This document shows, piece after piece, positions 25,901-39,093 of a stretch of 64,000 nt of DNA. Each line of letters starts with the position of its first letter. The stretch's first letter is position 1. Under the pieces are notes generated by a model, which did no database searches, was not told the DNA's origin, and saw nothing but the letters and a program-made list of their open reading frames with translations. Origin of the DNA: Tubulanus polymorphus (Eukaryota; Animalia; Nemertea); contig NC_134030.1 in the NCBI RefSeq assembly GCF_964204645.1, forward strand, positions 8,475,122-8,539,121. The letters run 5' to 3'. The translations under genes and the position numbers were made by a program.

Positions 25901-28900
25901 CATCTGGCTCGTATGAAATGGACTGACGCTCAGACCGAAAAAATCAGCAACTCCATGGACACGCTAAAAGAGTATGTTGACGACTAGTGGCAATATCGAA
26001 TACGAACATTAACACCAAAAGGAGAAAAGTGACGGAGTGAATCTTGACATTTGAAAAGAAAAAAGAATTTCTGTTTCTAATATAGAGTTTTCCTGGTTTT
26101 CTAGGTTCTGTCACTTGGCAGATCGGCCAAGTATGAGACATCCAATAAACCAAAAGATACTCGCGAATCATGGTAAACTTTTCTTATCATTATCATAATC
26201 GTCATCATTATCATAACACGGTTACCTTACGTTAGGAATTGAACAATAAACAAAATTTTGTATAGGCTATATCAGCAGTTCATCTGATTCTCGATTTATT
26301 TTTGATTGAAACAAACCGTATATTGTAGATCTCGTCGCCGTGATATTCGACATTTTGGCTCAGCATGAAGATCAAGATCTCGAAGATGAAAACGGTTCCG
26401 ATGCTCATCGCGAGGCGATCAATAAGACATTTCGGTGCCTAGAATACCTGGCGACCGGAAATCCGCTCGTCCAAGAACAGGTGTATCCGCGTCTTGACCG
26501 TATACTAACTATTTACGGTGCCACTGAAAGTATGGCGAAATGTCTCACCATGGTACGTAACATATGGTTCGAAAATATTCACTCTTACAACACGGAAAAA
26601 CAACATTTTCTTTGAGTCCTGCTGCCGAGGTGGATCATCTGCACAATTTTACCTTGCCTTAACATATAGGTTTTCAAAAACAACGAAGAATTATGTCTTA
26701 AGATTCCACCTCAGACGATCGAACTTCTGGTCAGACGCGCGGCTGAGGAACGCGAAAACGCACCGTCCATGTTATGTTTGCTACAAGCTCTTACGAAACT
26801 TGAAGACGTCGACTTGGCTTTGAAACGAAATCAAACCTATATGATGAAGTTCATTATGCAGTATTTCCACAAGGTCGCTTACGTATTGGACCAACCTCAA
26901 GATATCAGGTTCGTGACACAGCATACAGCGATTTTCCTAAACGAATATGCCATTACAGGTACATGAATTCCTTGTTTTCTCATGAACACAGAGAGCAGAT
27001 TCTTACAAAACGTTACGGCCAAGCTCATCTATCGTATTACATTCATCTAGTCGAACTGATTGCCACGTGCGCTGAGGTAATGTCAACAATATTCAACCAA
27101 CATGTTTTCAGAACTCAAATATCGGTAAAAAGAAAATAATGTAAATCGTTTCACTATCTTTTCGCCAGGGAGAAAGTCGTTTCATCGAGTCTCTTGGTCA
27201 GAAGTTCGTGCCTACGGATCATATATTTTGGGTACTCAATAACGAGCAGGTGGCCAAAAATCTTAAGATCCCATTTCTGCAGTACTTACTGAACATGTAC
27301 TTGGTAACATCGTCTAGTTCGATGTCTAGTGGTGCGGCAGCCGACCTTTCTCACGACAGGTGGGTAAAAGAGCTCTGCATTGTCACCGGCTGAAGCGCCA
27401 ATGGAGGAAAGATTATCAAGTCATAAAGCTTGACAAAGTTGATGAGTTATGCTCATGTATGTCCGCCATCGTTCTCCATTTAATCTAATTAGATGTATTC
27501 AATTATGAAAAATACGGATTTGAAAATCGCTTTCGACGAAACATTTTTAAACCGTTTTACCATAACTTGATAATTCGTAAATTTTCTACCGTTTCAGTGG
27601 TGCTTGGCAACACCTCGAGTCTTGTATAGACGATATCGTTCAGTTGACTAATTATGCAATAAAGAACCGCGAACGGGTCAAACCACTTATAGAATTACCA
27701 CTGGATGTGAGGTTAGTCCGTTTCTTATTACATATCGTCGCATAAACTCTAATTTAAAAACAGTATGGTTATTACAAGGAGTATCACCAAATTTTGCTGC
27801 TAACTAAAAAGAAAATAAAGTTTAAATCATGATTTATTTTTATGTTTTAAGGAAGCTGAATAGATGAGGAATAATGCCTGAATAGTTATGATAATCATAA
27901 TAATCGCCCCATCCAAACAAAGTCGGGGCTAACCCGACTAAATTTTGATTAGATTTAGGTCTACTAGATATTGTGTGTACCTCAAGGCCAAAACTTTTGA
28001 TCGCATTCACATACTAAAGCAACTATACAGCCGCTTAAAACTGAACTCATTGATGTGAGCCGTATATATAAGATCAGATATATCAAGAGATATTTGAATC
28101 TATCGGTCGAAATACATTAAAGTTTGATAGAAGTGCTTAATCAATCTTGTTTCAATTTTTTTGCAGTGAAGTCCTGGAAAAAAGCGATGATAACGATTTC
28201 CGCGTGACTTTGGTCTACGTTTTATTTGGTATTCTACCTTACTGCGAAGTAAGTACACTCACATTTCCATTAGAACCACGTCTAATCATGTAGAAATGCT
28301 ATAACATCGACTAAGAATTTACCAAATTTCAGGTGTTCTTCAGACGACTGTATGATCCACAACCGACTGCTTACCCGCATGAAGTCGAGATAACTAACAA
28401 AATAGGCCACGCTGTCATGGTAGGTACATCTAGGCAGTGTGCTTCAGATCCCGAGTTCCCTGAGCCTTCGTGATATTGATAATTTTTTCCTTTCATCTCT
28501 ATGGTAACCATTCTCATTTTCAGACATTTAACGAGGCCATGGGTCCCCTGCTGACGAAGCCGAATCATTTAAGGTTGATATGCAGTGCATCTTTGTCTAT
28601 TGCACCGCGAACCGACATCCCAACAAGTGTAAGGCGATGCTAGTTTCTGATGTTTATTAATTAAAAAAAAAATATCATCAGCTTATCAATATATATCATC
28701 ACTACCATATTCATATTCTGCGCAAATTGATATTCTATCTTGAAGTGGCACGAATTACTACAAAATTATCCTATTCGACGATGTTGAATAAGCAAGGAAG
28801 TTTTTTTGTGGTTGTGGTAGCTTACGAAAGATCGTGGAGTGATTTGCTCCAAATCGAGGAATTGAATCATTGATTTATAAATGTCACTGAATCCTTTATC

Positions 28901-31900
28901 TGTTTCAGACCATCGAACATTTCTGCTCGGAGGAAAGTTTCATCTTAGCGAGTACATTAGAATATAAACTTTAGTTGTCTGGCCCATTACTAATACTTGC
29001 ACGCCATCTAACGTAGCGTGAATTCGTCCTTTTCGATATGAATCCTGATATCGACCAAAGTGCCCTAGCATTAAAAGGCTGTGGGCTGTGCGTGCCTCTT
29101 GCGTGTTTTTTTAGCATAAGTTGTCAATTCGACTAAAACCTATTGATTTGTACATGCATATTAAAATATCATACTATCACGGCAATTCACACGCGCATAT
29201 GCCAATGCCTTCATCGCTATAAGCTGCATTCATCTTTCCTCTGCAAAGCACCATCCTCATGGCAAATAAAAATAAGATGATGATAACATTGCTATATCTA
29301 ATGTTGTAAGATCGGTATTTCCATAGTACCCTCGAGTTATATGGTATGTCTAATCATTCGCTCTACAAAACGAATGTGACGCTAATGTGACGAAAAGACA
29401 GACAATCGATGTCTCAAGTCTTGTTATTCAACGTGGCTTTATGAAGTCGTTTCTTTTTGTGGCAGGTGTTAGAAGACTTTCTTGTTAAATGTTCTGTAAA
29501 TGATGCAAGTCAAATGGTTGAATCGGAAGATGCAGTATACATGGTATGTTTACGGAACATTTGAATATGCCTTCTCGATCATGCACACGGCCATTTTTAT
29601 CATTTAACGAAATCCGAGCATATCTTGCATTTGAGTAGGTTTTTTTTAAATTGGCAAGATTGATTTAAGTTAATTCTATACGACTGTTCATTATCCCGTC
29701 AGGACTTTGAAAACTATTACGAACAAGAAGAAGAGCTGAATGAACAAAGGTCGAATTTCGTGCAACGGTTCAAAGAAATTTACGAAGGGCCGAACACCGT
29801 CAAAAGACAACTGGTATTCACTAATGTACCGGCAAGCGTCGCTGATAAAGGTCAGTTGAATTTTAGAGGACAAAGTGTTTGGCTCCGGGCATAATTTTGA
29901 GCTACATACTAAGTAAATCAATAACATCTCTCTTAATTTCAAATTTTCGACCGTGTCGGAAGATTTTCTTTGATTTTCCTGTTCAGAATACACCCGGATT
30001 GGAGGTAATGAAGAATTACCACTGGGCAGAGATTTCCAGGAGTTCATCCAATGCTTCCGAGACAGTAAGAACCGAGACAAAAAATATCCGAAAGCTGGAA
30101 TTCTCCTGAAACAACTGTCGTAAGTTAATTGTATTTCTGGTGGTTTGAATAATTTGGCTCGCCCGGTTGCAAGTGCTGGAATGATATTTTTTTCTAAACG
30201 ATACCTGTTTTAGGTAATATACTTTCATTTTCTTGCGTATACGATAACAAACGAGATTTGTATTTGCCATTAGAATTTCGACTAAGCGCGGTGAACCGAA
30301 GGGTGACTTGAAGAGACGAGAACGGGAAGAACTTGACATCAAGTGTTTCAAAATACTTCGTGCCATGATAGTGAACGTTGAACGCCTGCTTCCTGAGGGT
30401 TACGACGAATCGCGTCGGCAAACGAAAAAGTATGTTCATTTCTATTCGTAGTTGAAGAGTTGAGAGCCAGCCATTAACTCGTGTCTTATCATGCTGAAAT
30501 ATTATTATGTTTCACCTAGTTCTTGTAGCCCACGACCATAATGAACCAACCAAAGCATTGACAACCCTACAATGTATACTAGTGGCAAATGTAGAGATGA
30601 AAAGTTATGCTTCTTTCTTTTATAGAATTTTGCGCAGTTTACGTACGATCCAGGATGAATTCAACAATTTGGACGCAATACGAATTGTTTTACCTCAAGT
30701 TTCCCGTATGAACAACATCATCGTCCAAGAAGCGTTGGCGTTCATGTCAGCCATGTTGTTCAATGCTAATAAAACAACCCAGGTTAATGTCATATTGCAT
30801 ATCATGAAAATGAATACATGTATTCTTTGCTAATAGAAATCTTATTTGATTCAGGATAGATGTTACATTGTGTATAATGATATTAAAAGTAAATGTTTGA
30901 ATTTTTTTTCACAAAGGAACAAGTATACGATAACTTTTTGGCAACAGAACAAGAGACGTTTTTCTTCGCTCTTCGTAGACAAATTAAGATGTCATCGGTT
31001 CAAATACGAGAGCGGTATGTGAAATCCTATAGGTTTACATGGGAATATTTTGATTGGATAATGATTATGTATAATCGGAGACCTTCCACCGACGGGACAT
31101 ATATTCAATCACAATATGCATCAAACTCTTGACGATTCGTTTAAAAGTAACTTTCAAATGCATTTTAGGAGGGGCCTCGTTTCTCAGCGGCGCGCCAAAA
31201 AAGCAGAGAGAGTAGCCCATGCCAAGACGCTAGAAAGTACATTGCCAGCTGGTCGGCAAGCTCTTTTGGTTTGTATTGTATATGCGCACAGTATACTATC
31301 CACACAAACATCTGACAATTTTGTTGGCAATCTTGTTGGCTTTTGTTTATCTTGGCCGAATTTTGGTTTGAATTAATTGATAACGCTGATAATGCTTTAC
31401 TCGTTCATTCCTAGAAAATTGAACAAATTGAACGCCAGAGACAGCAAATAATTTCTTCGCGCAACAAAGATGCAAGTGCCACAAAAGCCCCCAACGAAAC
31501 AGCGGCGATACCGAAAAGAGGTGCCGGTGTTTTGGTCAATGGAAAGACGAACCCAGCATTCCAAAGCGATGAAGCCGGAATCGAATTGAAAAATGTCAAG
31601 AACTCGCCTGTGACTGTAACGGTAGGTCAAAAAAATATCATGTATATGCTATCGAGACTATTCAAAATATTTAAGTAATAATTCTAGATTAAAAATGACT
31701 CTCAAGTTGAACTGAAAAGATTTGCCTATAAATCAGAACAGTGAAACAAGGTCCAGAATTCATTGAAACCTAACAATGAGTACTCTTTTCATCTTTACTA
31801 TATAATCTTCGTTCAGCCAACTGAAACTACCGATGATGGCTTTTCGGAACTATATAAAGGATGCGACACCGGTATTGGTGCAGTCTTGCAGCTTCTCGGA

Positions 31901-34900
31901 AAGTTATGCGACGGTCAAAATGTCGACCTTCAGGTAATTCAGTTAACAGCCTCGTTGAAACAAGCAGTGATTCTCTCTACTTATACATTTGTATGTCCCA
32001 TACGCGCAGGGGGCGAAAACTTGTCTTTGAAATCGGAAATTAGAGTTTAAGTACATATTTAGAAATTCTGGTTCCGGATCAGGTAAATGATTTCTTATCC
32101 AGCCTGTGAATTAACACACGTGATAGTGGTAGCCTTATATCATCTAATACCCTAATACCAGAACATCACGAGTGGAAAGAACTAAGATTGCTATGTCCGT
32201 TTTTGTAATTGTTTTTTTGGTCATTTTCCACGTACACTAAGCAGTGTTGAGATCGGCAGATCTTTCAGGGATGATCATTATCATTCACGTATTCAAATGA
32301 AATGGATTGACAAAAGGAAAATAAGCAAGCCTCAAACGTTCTTGATAAATGTTCGATTGATTTTCTCTTTAACAGAATTATCTTCGCGAACAACCCGACA
32401 ATGTGATATCTTGCAACTTATTGGCACAAGTTGTAGAGTTTACGTCCGAGGTATACAGCAACATCAATCCCGTCACGATCGAGCTGACCAGTAGAATCCT
32501 TGATACTATCAATGAAATGGTGGTCGTAAGTTTTTTTTCTATGGGCGAATCTGTTCCGACGCGTAAGACCCGTAGTATATGTTGCATTATGTATGTTGAC
32601 CCACTCGACGGTCCGTATATGTTTCCAAATCAAGTTGAAATCATGAACAACAATGGTCATTTCCACACCATGCAAGTTATCACTGCATGGTCCGAACTGA
32701 TGAAAAACTAGCATAGTGTTTTTATGCTACAAGAAGAAAAAACAGAACAAGCCCAAGGACTCATCCGAATTTCTATCTGCATACCGTTGTAACAAACAAC
32801 TTAAATGATTGAATTTCTTTTTTCGCCAGGGAAATCATAAAAACCAGATGGTAGCTTTGGACAATAAAATCATCGATTATGTCAACTATATTCTAAGAGC
32901 TAAACAGTTCATGTCGTGTTCATCAGAACAGAGTATAGAACTAGTGTCCAATGTAACCGGTCTTGTATATTCGCTTATTGAAGAGAACAACCCACAAACT
33001 GATAGAGTTACTAAAGTAAGTAATGCGTGCAAAAGCACATGCTATGCAATTTGGAATCGTTCACCACTAAATCGTATCTTTGGAAAAATGCAATTTTGCA
33101 CGATTTCTTGTTAAATGATCTCATTAATTTTTTTTTCAGGAATGTGTCGAATCTTTGGATAAAGGAGCTCTTTTGAATTTACTTACTGAATGCTATCTGC
33201 TGTCGAAGGTATAGACTTTTATATTACGTATACTGTTATTAGAATAGCCTTTAAACAGAGTTCCATATCTATTTCATTAATCCGCATTTATTTTGGATGT
33301 AGATTATTTGTGCAATCTACCACATCAAGCACAAAGATACCTTATTGTACAAGGTTTTCTATATTCTTTAAATTCTAAAGCCTAAACAAAAGATGAATGT
33401 CACCAATGTGCTGTCAGCAAAAGTGGACGAAACGCCGGATGATGTCTATTCAGCAAAGAATATGGTGTTGTCGAAAGGAATGGAACCCGACTACATAAGC
33501 GGGGAAACAAAAGATTGTCTACACGAATGCGGCACTGGTTTATATCTACTGATGAGACGAATATTCGACATCACTCCAAAATTCAGGAAAATGTGTAGGT
33601 TTATACGGGTATTACAACATACATCGCATTACTGTATATCATTTGATATAAATTTTCAAGCATAAAGGTTCTCAAATCCATTCCATCACTACCCTTCCAT
33701 CTATTTGTCATACACCAGATTCGTTTGATGTACACCCGAGCGAACGGGCAGCGGTGGCACATTACGACGCAAAAAACATATCTTGCGAAGTAGTAAAGGA
33801 CAACATCTTGCAGAAGGTCAACTTCCTCGTTGACAATACGGTAACGTTGAAATTCGAACTCCTCTGAAAATTTGCGGTACGAGAAAAAATGAGTAAATTA
33901 ACGATTCAAATTAATGTTTCATTGAAGGCTATCCTGCGAGAGGAGGTGATTGAACGAGTGAAGTGGGAAGTGGACCGTACAAGTGGAGCAGCGAAAATCC
34001 GAGACTTAATGGACTGGGCACCGGAAATAATGAAGGATATGAAAGCTCAGCGTAAATTATTGAAATCAAAACTGGCCACATTTCTCATGAAAAACTGGTA
34101 CGTATGTGGTTGGTAATTTTGGTGTCCTCTACAATGAGAATGCAGGATAAGTTATTCGAACTGTTTTGGTTCGTAATATTTGTTTTCTTTCATAAGGAAA
34201 TTGTGGAATAATTTGACAGTCGGTTGGTGCATAATGATACAGATATTCTTGCTCGTAGTGTGGAAAGCTGAAGCCACAATAAACACAGTACCTGATCCAA
34301 ATGCAAATCCACTTCCTCCGGAATTATACGAGTAAGAAAACATTTCAAATATCAATAAAATCATCAATCAATAGAAATAAGGTTAATATGATTGCTATTG
34401 ATCTATATTATATGGTGTCGTACAAGCATCATTTTACTTGAAATCAAAATGTATAATTTCTACATCATCATATCATCTCTACCTCATTATTTTAGCACGC
34501 ATACATTTTACAATTACATGACGAAGGAACAATTCATGCCTATATCGTACACTTTGGGTGCCATCCAGGTATACCTGGTAGTGATTGTTGTTGCTACTTA
34601 TTTCTTACTGAATCAGCCAAGACTACCGAGATTCTCCTTTCTCAGGTACGTAATGATATCATTCAGAAGTTACAAATTCATCTGGATTCGTACTTGTTGT
34701 CTAACACATTTCTGTGCTCAAATTTTCTTAAACCTTTTGCGGCGTTTTCAAACATATAGCCATCAACAATATTTATGATAAACCGTTTCTCAATTCTTCA
34801 GGAAGGTATATGCAAAATGTTTCAAGAAAAAGAAAAAGTCACCGAGGGTGGCACAAGATGGCGCTGACGACACATTTGACGACATGGAAGAAGATGACTA

Positions 34901-37271
34901 TGACGAAGAAGAAGGAATTAAAAACAAACCAGATGACGATGACGACACACAAGGTCGTCTGGAAGCGAAACTATTCAGCTTTACGACCTTCTACTTCGCT
35001 GTAATTTTCAAACATTTTCAGCTTAAGACTTGACAATAAATTGAAGAAAATTGAGAAAATATCCTCGAATACTTTTTTTTCAGATAATGTTAGGTTGTTC
35101 GATTGCCGGGACAATTTATCTAGAATACTTTTTCTGCGCTATTTTACTGAACATCGTTAACGGTAACCAGTTATTGGCTCGGGTCATCAAAGCCGTCACT
35201 CAAAACGGTAGGAAACTGCAGTACCTAAATAACCTTGGGTGATGTCTGCATCACGAAATTCATTCTACCCTTTCTGTTTTACGATAGGTTTGTCATTGAT
35301 GTGGGTCAGTATCCTAGGACTGATTTTGATCTATATCTTTGCTTTGATATCGTTTGCCACACAACGCTCTGTAATGGACGCCACTCAGAACTGGCATTGT
35401 ATGACGTTGGCACAATGTTTTGTCACGATCACTAGATACGGTTTGATCGGCGATCTTCTCGATGTAAGTATACTATTTGATGGTGACAATTTCTTATGAA
35501 TACGAAACATTCCAAAATCACATATTATTACAAATTAATTGGTGAAGTCGAATCATTTCCAAAGATAATGACCATGCAAATGATATCTAGTTTAAATATT
35601 GCGTATGCCTTTTAGTTTTCTTCATACATTTTCGGATTATATTGTACGTTTTGTCAATTGATCTTTTTTTACAGGGTATGCCCATACCCGACCAGGAAAA
35701 GTATTTTGCTCGTTTTAGTTTCTACGTTGTGTACAAACTTGCGTTTTTCATTCTCATCACTACCATCGGTTTGAATATCATTTTCGGTATCATCGTCGAC
35801 ACGTTTTCTGAACTTCGTGATACAAAGGTAGACATATTGTTTCCATCATTTTCTACAAGTCAGTACCCAAATCTAATTCTGAATTTGAATACAGGATCAC
35901 TGGAATTGACTCCAAAAATCGTTGATGTGGGTTTTAAGGTTACTTTTTCTACTGCAGTGGACTGCCGAGCAAGACATGCGAGACACTTGTTTCATTTGCG
36001 GATGCGCAAGCTATGTATTTGAACACAATGGAAAGGTAAACAGTCGGAATCATAATGAAAAGAAATAAACCGCTGACATAATGTTTCAAGATGAATATAA
36101 TATACAAAGGCTCTATTAGCAATATTCGAGCATTCTAGATTGTGAATCATGAATGCATCGAAATGATGACCACTAAATTTTACATATACAGGTCTTAAAT
36201 GATCAGAAGTATCTCAATATGAACATATACATTTCGGTTACAGTAGATATTTTATGATTATTTTAAAGGGTTTTGTTTACCACGTCGGAAAGGAACATAA
36301 CATGTGGGCTTACATGTTTCTCTTTTTGAAATTAAAAGAAACAAAAGTGAACGACTTGAATGCCATTGAACTTTATCTAAGAACGAAGGTATGTATATTA
36401 TATATACAGATTGGAATGAATGCGTGGACCACCAATTTTGTTGATAAATGGCCATTATCTATTGGAAATGAATTTGTTGTCTCGTTAACGATAACTCTAA
36501 GTCTGGTACAAGTACTAGTTTACGTATATCATCTATGCGTTTGGTTTAACTACTGGGAAGTAGACAACTGGAAACCTCCTTTTTGTGATCTTGGCACATC
36601 GGGGTATAACGTTTGATATTATTTCTCCACCATACAGATAGAAGAAAAAGCCTACGATTTCTTTCCGGTGGAAAGAGCTTTGTGTTTACAGGATGCAGAA
36701 GTTGACGAAAAAGAAATTCAACTCAACAAAATGATGGACTGCGTACAATCCATATTCGATCGACTAAGCGAAGAGGCAAATATATACCTAAAATTAGTCT
36801 ACCTTAAATCTAACATCTAAATCATAAAATATTCTATGTTTTGCATCTATGATATCTTAAACTAAAACAGTGATTTAATTTGTTTTTAAATCAATTAACT
36901 ACAGCATGATAGGACATAGGTCTACACGTGGATGAATATGGTGGAGAGAACATCGACATTCTTTTTTTTGTTGAGTAGAAATGATGAAACAAAATTTTAT
37001 TCCCTTTCAGGATCGCATGAAACGAATAGCCGAAGAACGTGAAAAACAGGAGAGTTGGGAAAAAGAACAACGAGAAAAGTTATATGGAAACGCTGGTGCA
37101 GGAAGTGTATCGCCACCGCCTCCACCACCTCTAACACCGCTGGCACCTTCCCAGCAGCAACATACGATAACACCAGAACAAGTTGAAATCGATGAACATC
37201 AACCAGACGTAGAGGCTGATGAGGAAGTGGCCGCAATGTTCGCAGCACAGGACACTGGCGATGTATTTTAG
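12830..37271 (+). CDS. Inositol 1,4,5-trisphosphate receptor-like Ca2+-release channel (divergent ITPR/RyR superfamily member), dozens of short exons
   Basis: N-terminus MQDGESPFLLIGDEITLY; MIR-domain motifs (KYGQVVQLRHLFTGKY, RLRHVTTRKYL); KERQKLLR; RIH-associated LCDGQNVDLQNYLREQ; TM helices; S6 LNIIFGIIVDTFSELRD; zinc finger CFIC...H...EHNMWAY; stop TAG 37269-37271. Confidence 0.93.
16885..16977. repeat. Compound microsatellite (AAT)n(AATGAT)n(AAT)n, intronic
   Basis: Seen directly, just after the GTAAAT donor at ~16873. Confidence 0.95.
17940..18119. mobile_element. Tc1/mariner (Tigger/pogo-like) MITE remnant
   Basis: Degenerate TIRs ...CCTCGTTAATACGA / TCGCATTAACGAGGTTCCACTG followed by TA; same terminal type as 56524-56655. 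Confidence 0.55.
18323..18579. mobile_element. Fold-back Penelope-like/retrozyme insertion, family B, in ITPR intron
   Basis: Near-perfect ~99-bp inverted arms (18322-18420 vs 18441-18539), 40-nt tail, 12-bp TSD ATACAGGTCATT (18311-18322, 18580-18591). Confidence 0.85.
18401..18442 (-). ncRNA. Minimal hammerhead motif, family B, with a core substitution (CUGACGU instead of CUGANGA)
   Basis: Reverse complement ACAC-CTGACGT-T-GATCTC(tagggt)GAGATC-GAAA-CG-TC-GTGT. Confidence 0.7.
21769..22779 (+). CDS. Intronless orphan class A GPCR (FMRFamide-receptor-like/srw-type), nested in ITPR intron 21362-23254
   Basis: 7 TM pattern, G..GT.LN, LA.AD, DRF..V.WP, NSAINF.VY, S..FR. Flanking ITPR exons (...FCKLVI-G / LFVNTG) splice around it in phase 1. 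Confidence 0.9.
   Translation: MSNITELCYNTPSLYKKRFHYLYGIGPIGVVGTFLNIACVAIFYRSTTSSAFLTLFVLATADIGVSVSTVFYHIGVIASKYIYYEPEIVYETKFDDGAFAMYVFANNSMQLFWRWRNVVTLLVSFDRFIHVYWPLSARRYWKINHCIVYSVTSFLLFCGFHIFYAFYAFVRIPVTSPCYGRHVLDRKYRKFRRADLIFIVNMIHLYLPSAGIVTFTCLLIYKLITYTKSNGKEIGHAHGKKSIDVQSTVMIVGAAILFICCNCGQIAIDLINRFPNILGSAKPVDKDGWRVFWTDIYLTNEYSNAINSAINFIVYFIVSRSFRSELSKSLHICTPK
23409..23512. mobile_element. Short hairpin MITE
   Basis: Imperfect TIRs GGGCCCAGTTGAACAGTCGTGACTTA / TAAGCCATGACTATGCAACTGGCCCC. Confidence 0.55.
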
Positions 37272-37866
37272 ATCTAAGTTGAATCATATATTGTAAAATG
37301 AAATTAAAGGTTGATACGTTGAAAAATTGAAAAACAAAAATTCAAGCAGCGAGGCAATATAAGGGCTGAGGCGGATCTAGGGAAGTCTTGTGTTGTCGTA
37401 TTGACACTTATGCAAATGTCAATTATGAAGAAATGTAAAATTGAAGTGTAAATTCGATGTGTAGCTTAGTTTAAGTGTCGAGGTGTTCAGGTCCAGTAAT
37501 TTTTCCAATTTTTTAAAAAAGCTTTTGATCAGCCACTGAGAGACGAATTTATTTGTTTTGCTGTTTTGCTTAGTGATGTCAGGGAAGTGTGATGATCACA
37601 CTTCCCTGGTGATGTAAACCACTTTGTGACGGTAAAGCACCTCATCCCGGAAAACGACCGATATTGGTGCCCACATAATCTTATTTTATAGATATGTAAT
37701 ATAATGTACAGTGTACAAACAAACAGCGGTGTTATCATTTATGCGAAAAAAATGCGTATATCCATATTTTACTATAAAGATTTTATTTGCCGTTAAAAAT
37801 TAACCTGTGAAGTATTGTTTGTCAAACATTTTTACTGAAGTTATTTTTTTCAGTTGCTATTTGTAC

Positions 37867-37872
37867 AATAAA
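37867..37872 (+). promoter_or_regulatory. Probable ITPR-like polyadenylation signal AATAAA
   Basis: Canonical hexamer ~600 nt after the stop codon; position only. Confidence 0.4.
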
Positions 37873-38094
37873 CAGTATTATATCGAAAAAATTACCTGAA
37901 TCTTTACGTCCATCGTTTTTGGCGCCAACATAATCATCACGGTAGTTATGGCGACTTCATGCATCCATCATTTCCTCATTATATCGTATTTTGTCCAAAT
38001 CACCCTCAATTAAAGTTGTTACTTGCATCGCAGTCAATATCACCATTCACTCCCACCAGCAGTTCACTGGAAGGCTTCATTTGGGAAAGTGAGG

Positions 38095-39093
38095 ATGTCT
38101 AATGTTACGGATATCTGCTTCAACACTCCATCAGTGTACAAGAAACGTTTCCATTATCTGTACGGCATTGGGCCAATCGGAGTTGTCGGCACTTTTCTCA
38201 ATATTGTCTGCGCCGTCGTTTTCTATGGTTCGATGTCCTCTTCAGCGTACCTGACGCTGTTCGTTTTGGCTGTGGCTGATATTGGTGTATCGATGTCGAC
38301 GATTTGCTACCACATAGGCGTTATTGCATCAAAGTACATATATTATGAACCGGAAATCGTGTATGAAACCAAATTTGACGATGGGGCGTTTGCTATGTTC
38401 GTTTTTGCCAACAGTTCTTTACAGCTATTTTGGAGATGGCGAAATGTCGTTACACTTTTGGTATCATTCGATCGATTTATTCACGTTTACTGGCCTCTAT
38501 CGGCTCGGCGATACTGGAGAATCAAACACTGTATTGTATATTCCGTGGTCACATTTCTAATGTTTGTCGTGTTTCACGTTGTGTATGCCTATTATACGTT
38601 CGCACGAGAACCGGTTACAAGTCCGTGTTATGGAAAACACGTACTGGAAAGAAAATATCGAATATTTAGCAGATCTAGAGCAAATTTGATATTCGCTGTT
38701 AATATGATCCATCTTTACCTTCCATCAGCTGGTATCGTAATTTTTACGTGTCTTTTAATTCATAAATTGATGTCCTATTCAAAATCACAAGAAAAAGAAA
38801 TAGGACACGCGCACGGGAAGAAATCCATCGATATACAAAGCACTGTCATGATCGTTGGAGCCGCCATTTTGTTTATTTGTTGCAATTGCGGTCAAATGGC
38901 TATCGATCTCATATACAGTTTCCCCGATATGCTGGGATCTGCTAAACCAGTGGGTAAAGACAGTTGGCGAGTTTTCTGGACAGATATTTATCTGACCAAT
39001 GAATACTCAAATGCCATCAATTCTGCCATAAACTTCATCGTGTATGTTATGGTAAGCAGACGTTTCCGTAGCGAACTGAGAAAGTTACTGTGA
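38095..39093 (+). CDS. Intronless orphan class A GPCR, paralog 2
   Basis: Highly similar to 21769-22779 (MSNVTDICFNTP..., DRF, NSAINFIVY); ORF intact. Confidence 0.9.
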   Translation: MSNVTDICFNTPSVYKKRFHYLYGIGPIGVVGTFLNIVCAVVFYGSMSSSAYLTLFVLAVADIGVSMSTICYHIGVIASKYIYYEPEIVYETKFDDGAFAMFVFANSSLQLFWRWRNVVTLLVSFDRFIHVYWPLSARRYWRIKHCIVYSVVTFLMFVVFHVVYAYYTFAREPVTSPCYGKHVLERKYRIFSRSRANLIFAVNMIHLYLPSAGIVIFTCLLIHKLMSYSKSQEKEIGHAHGKKSIDIQSTVMIVGAAILFICCNCGQMAIDLIYSFPDMLGSAKPVGKDSWRVFWTDIYLTNEYSNAINSAINFIVYVMVSRRFRSELRKLL

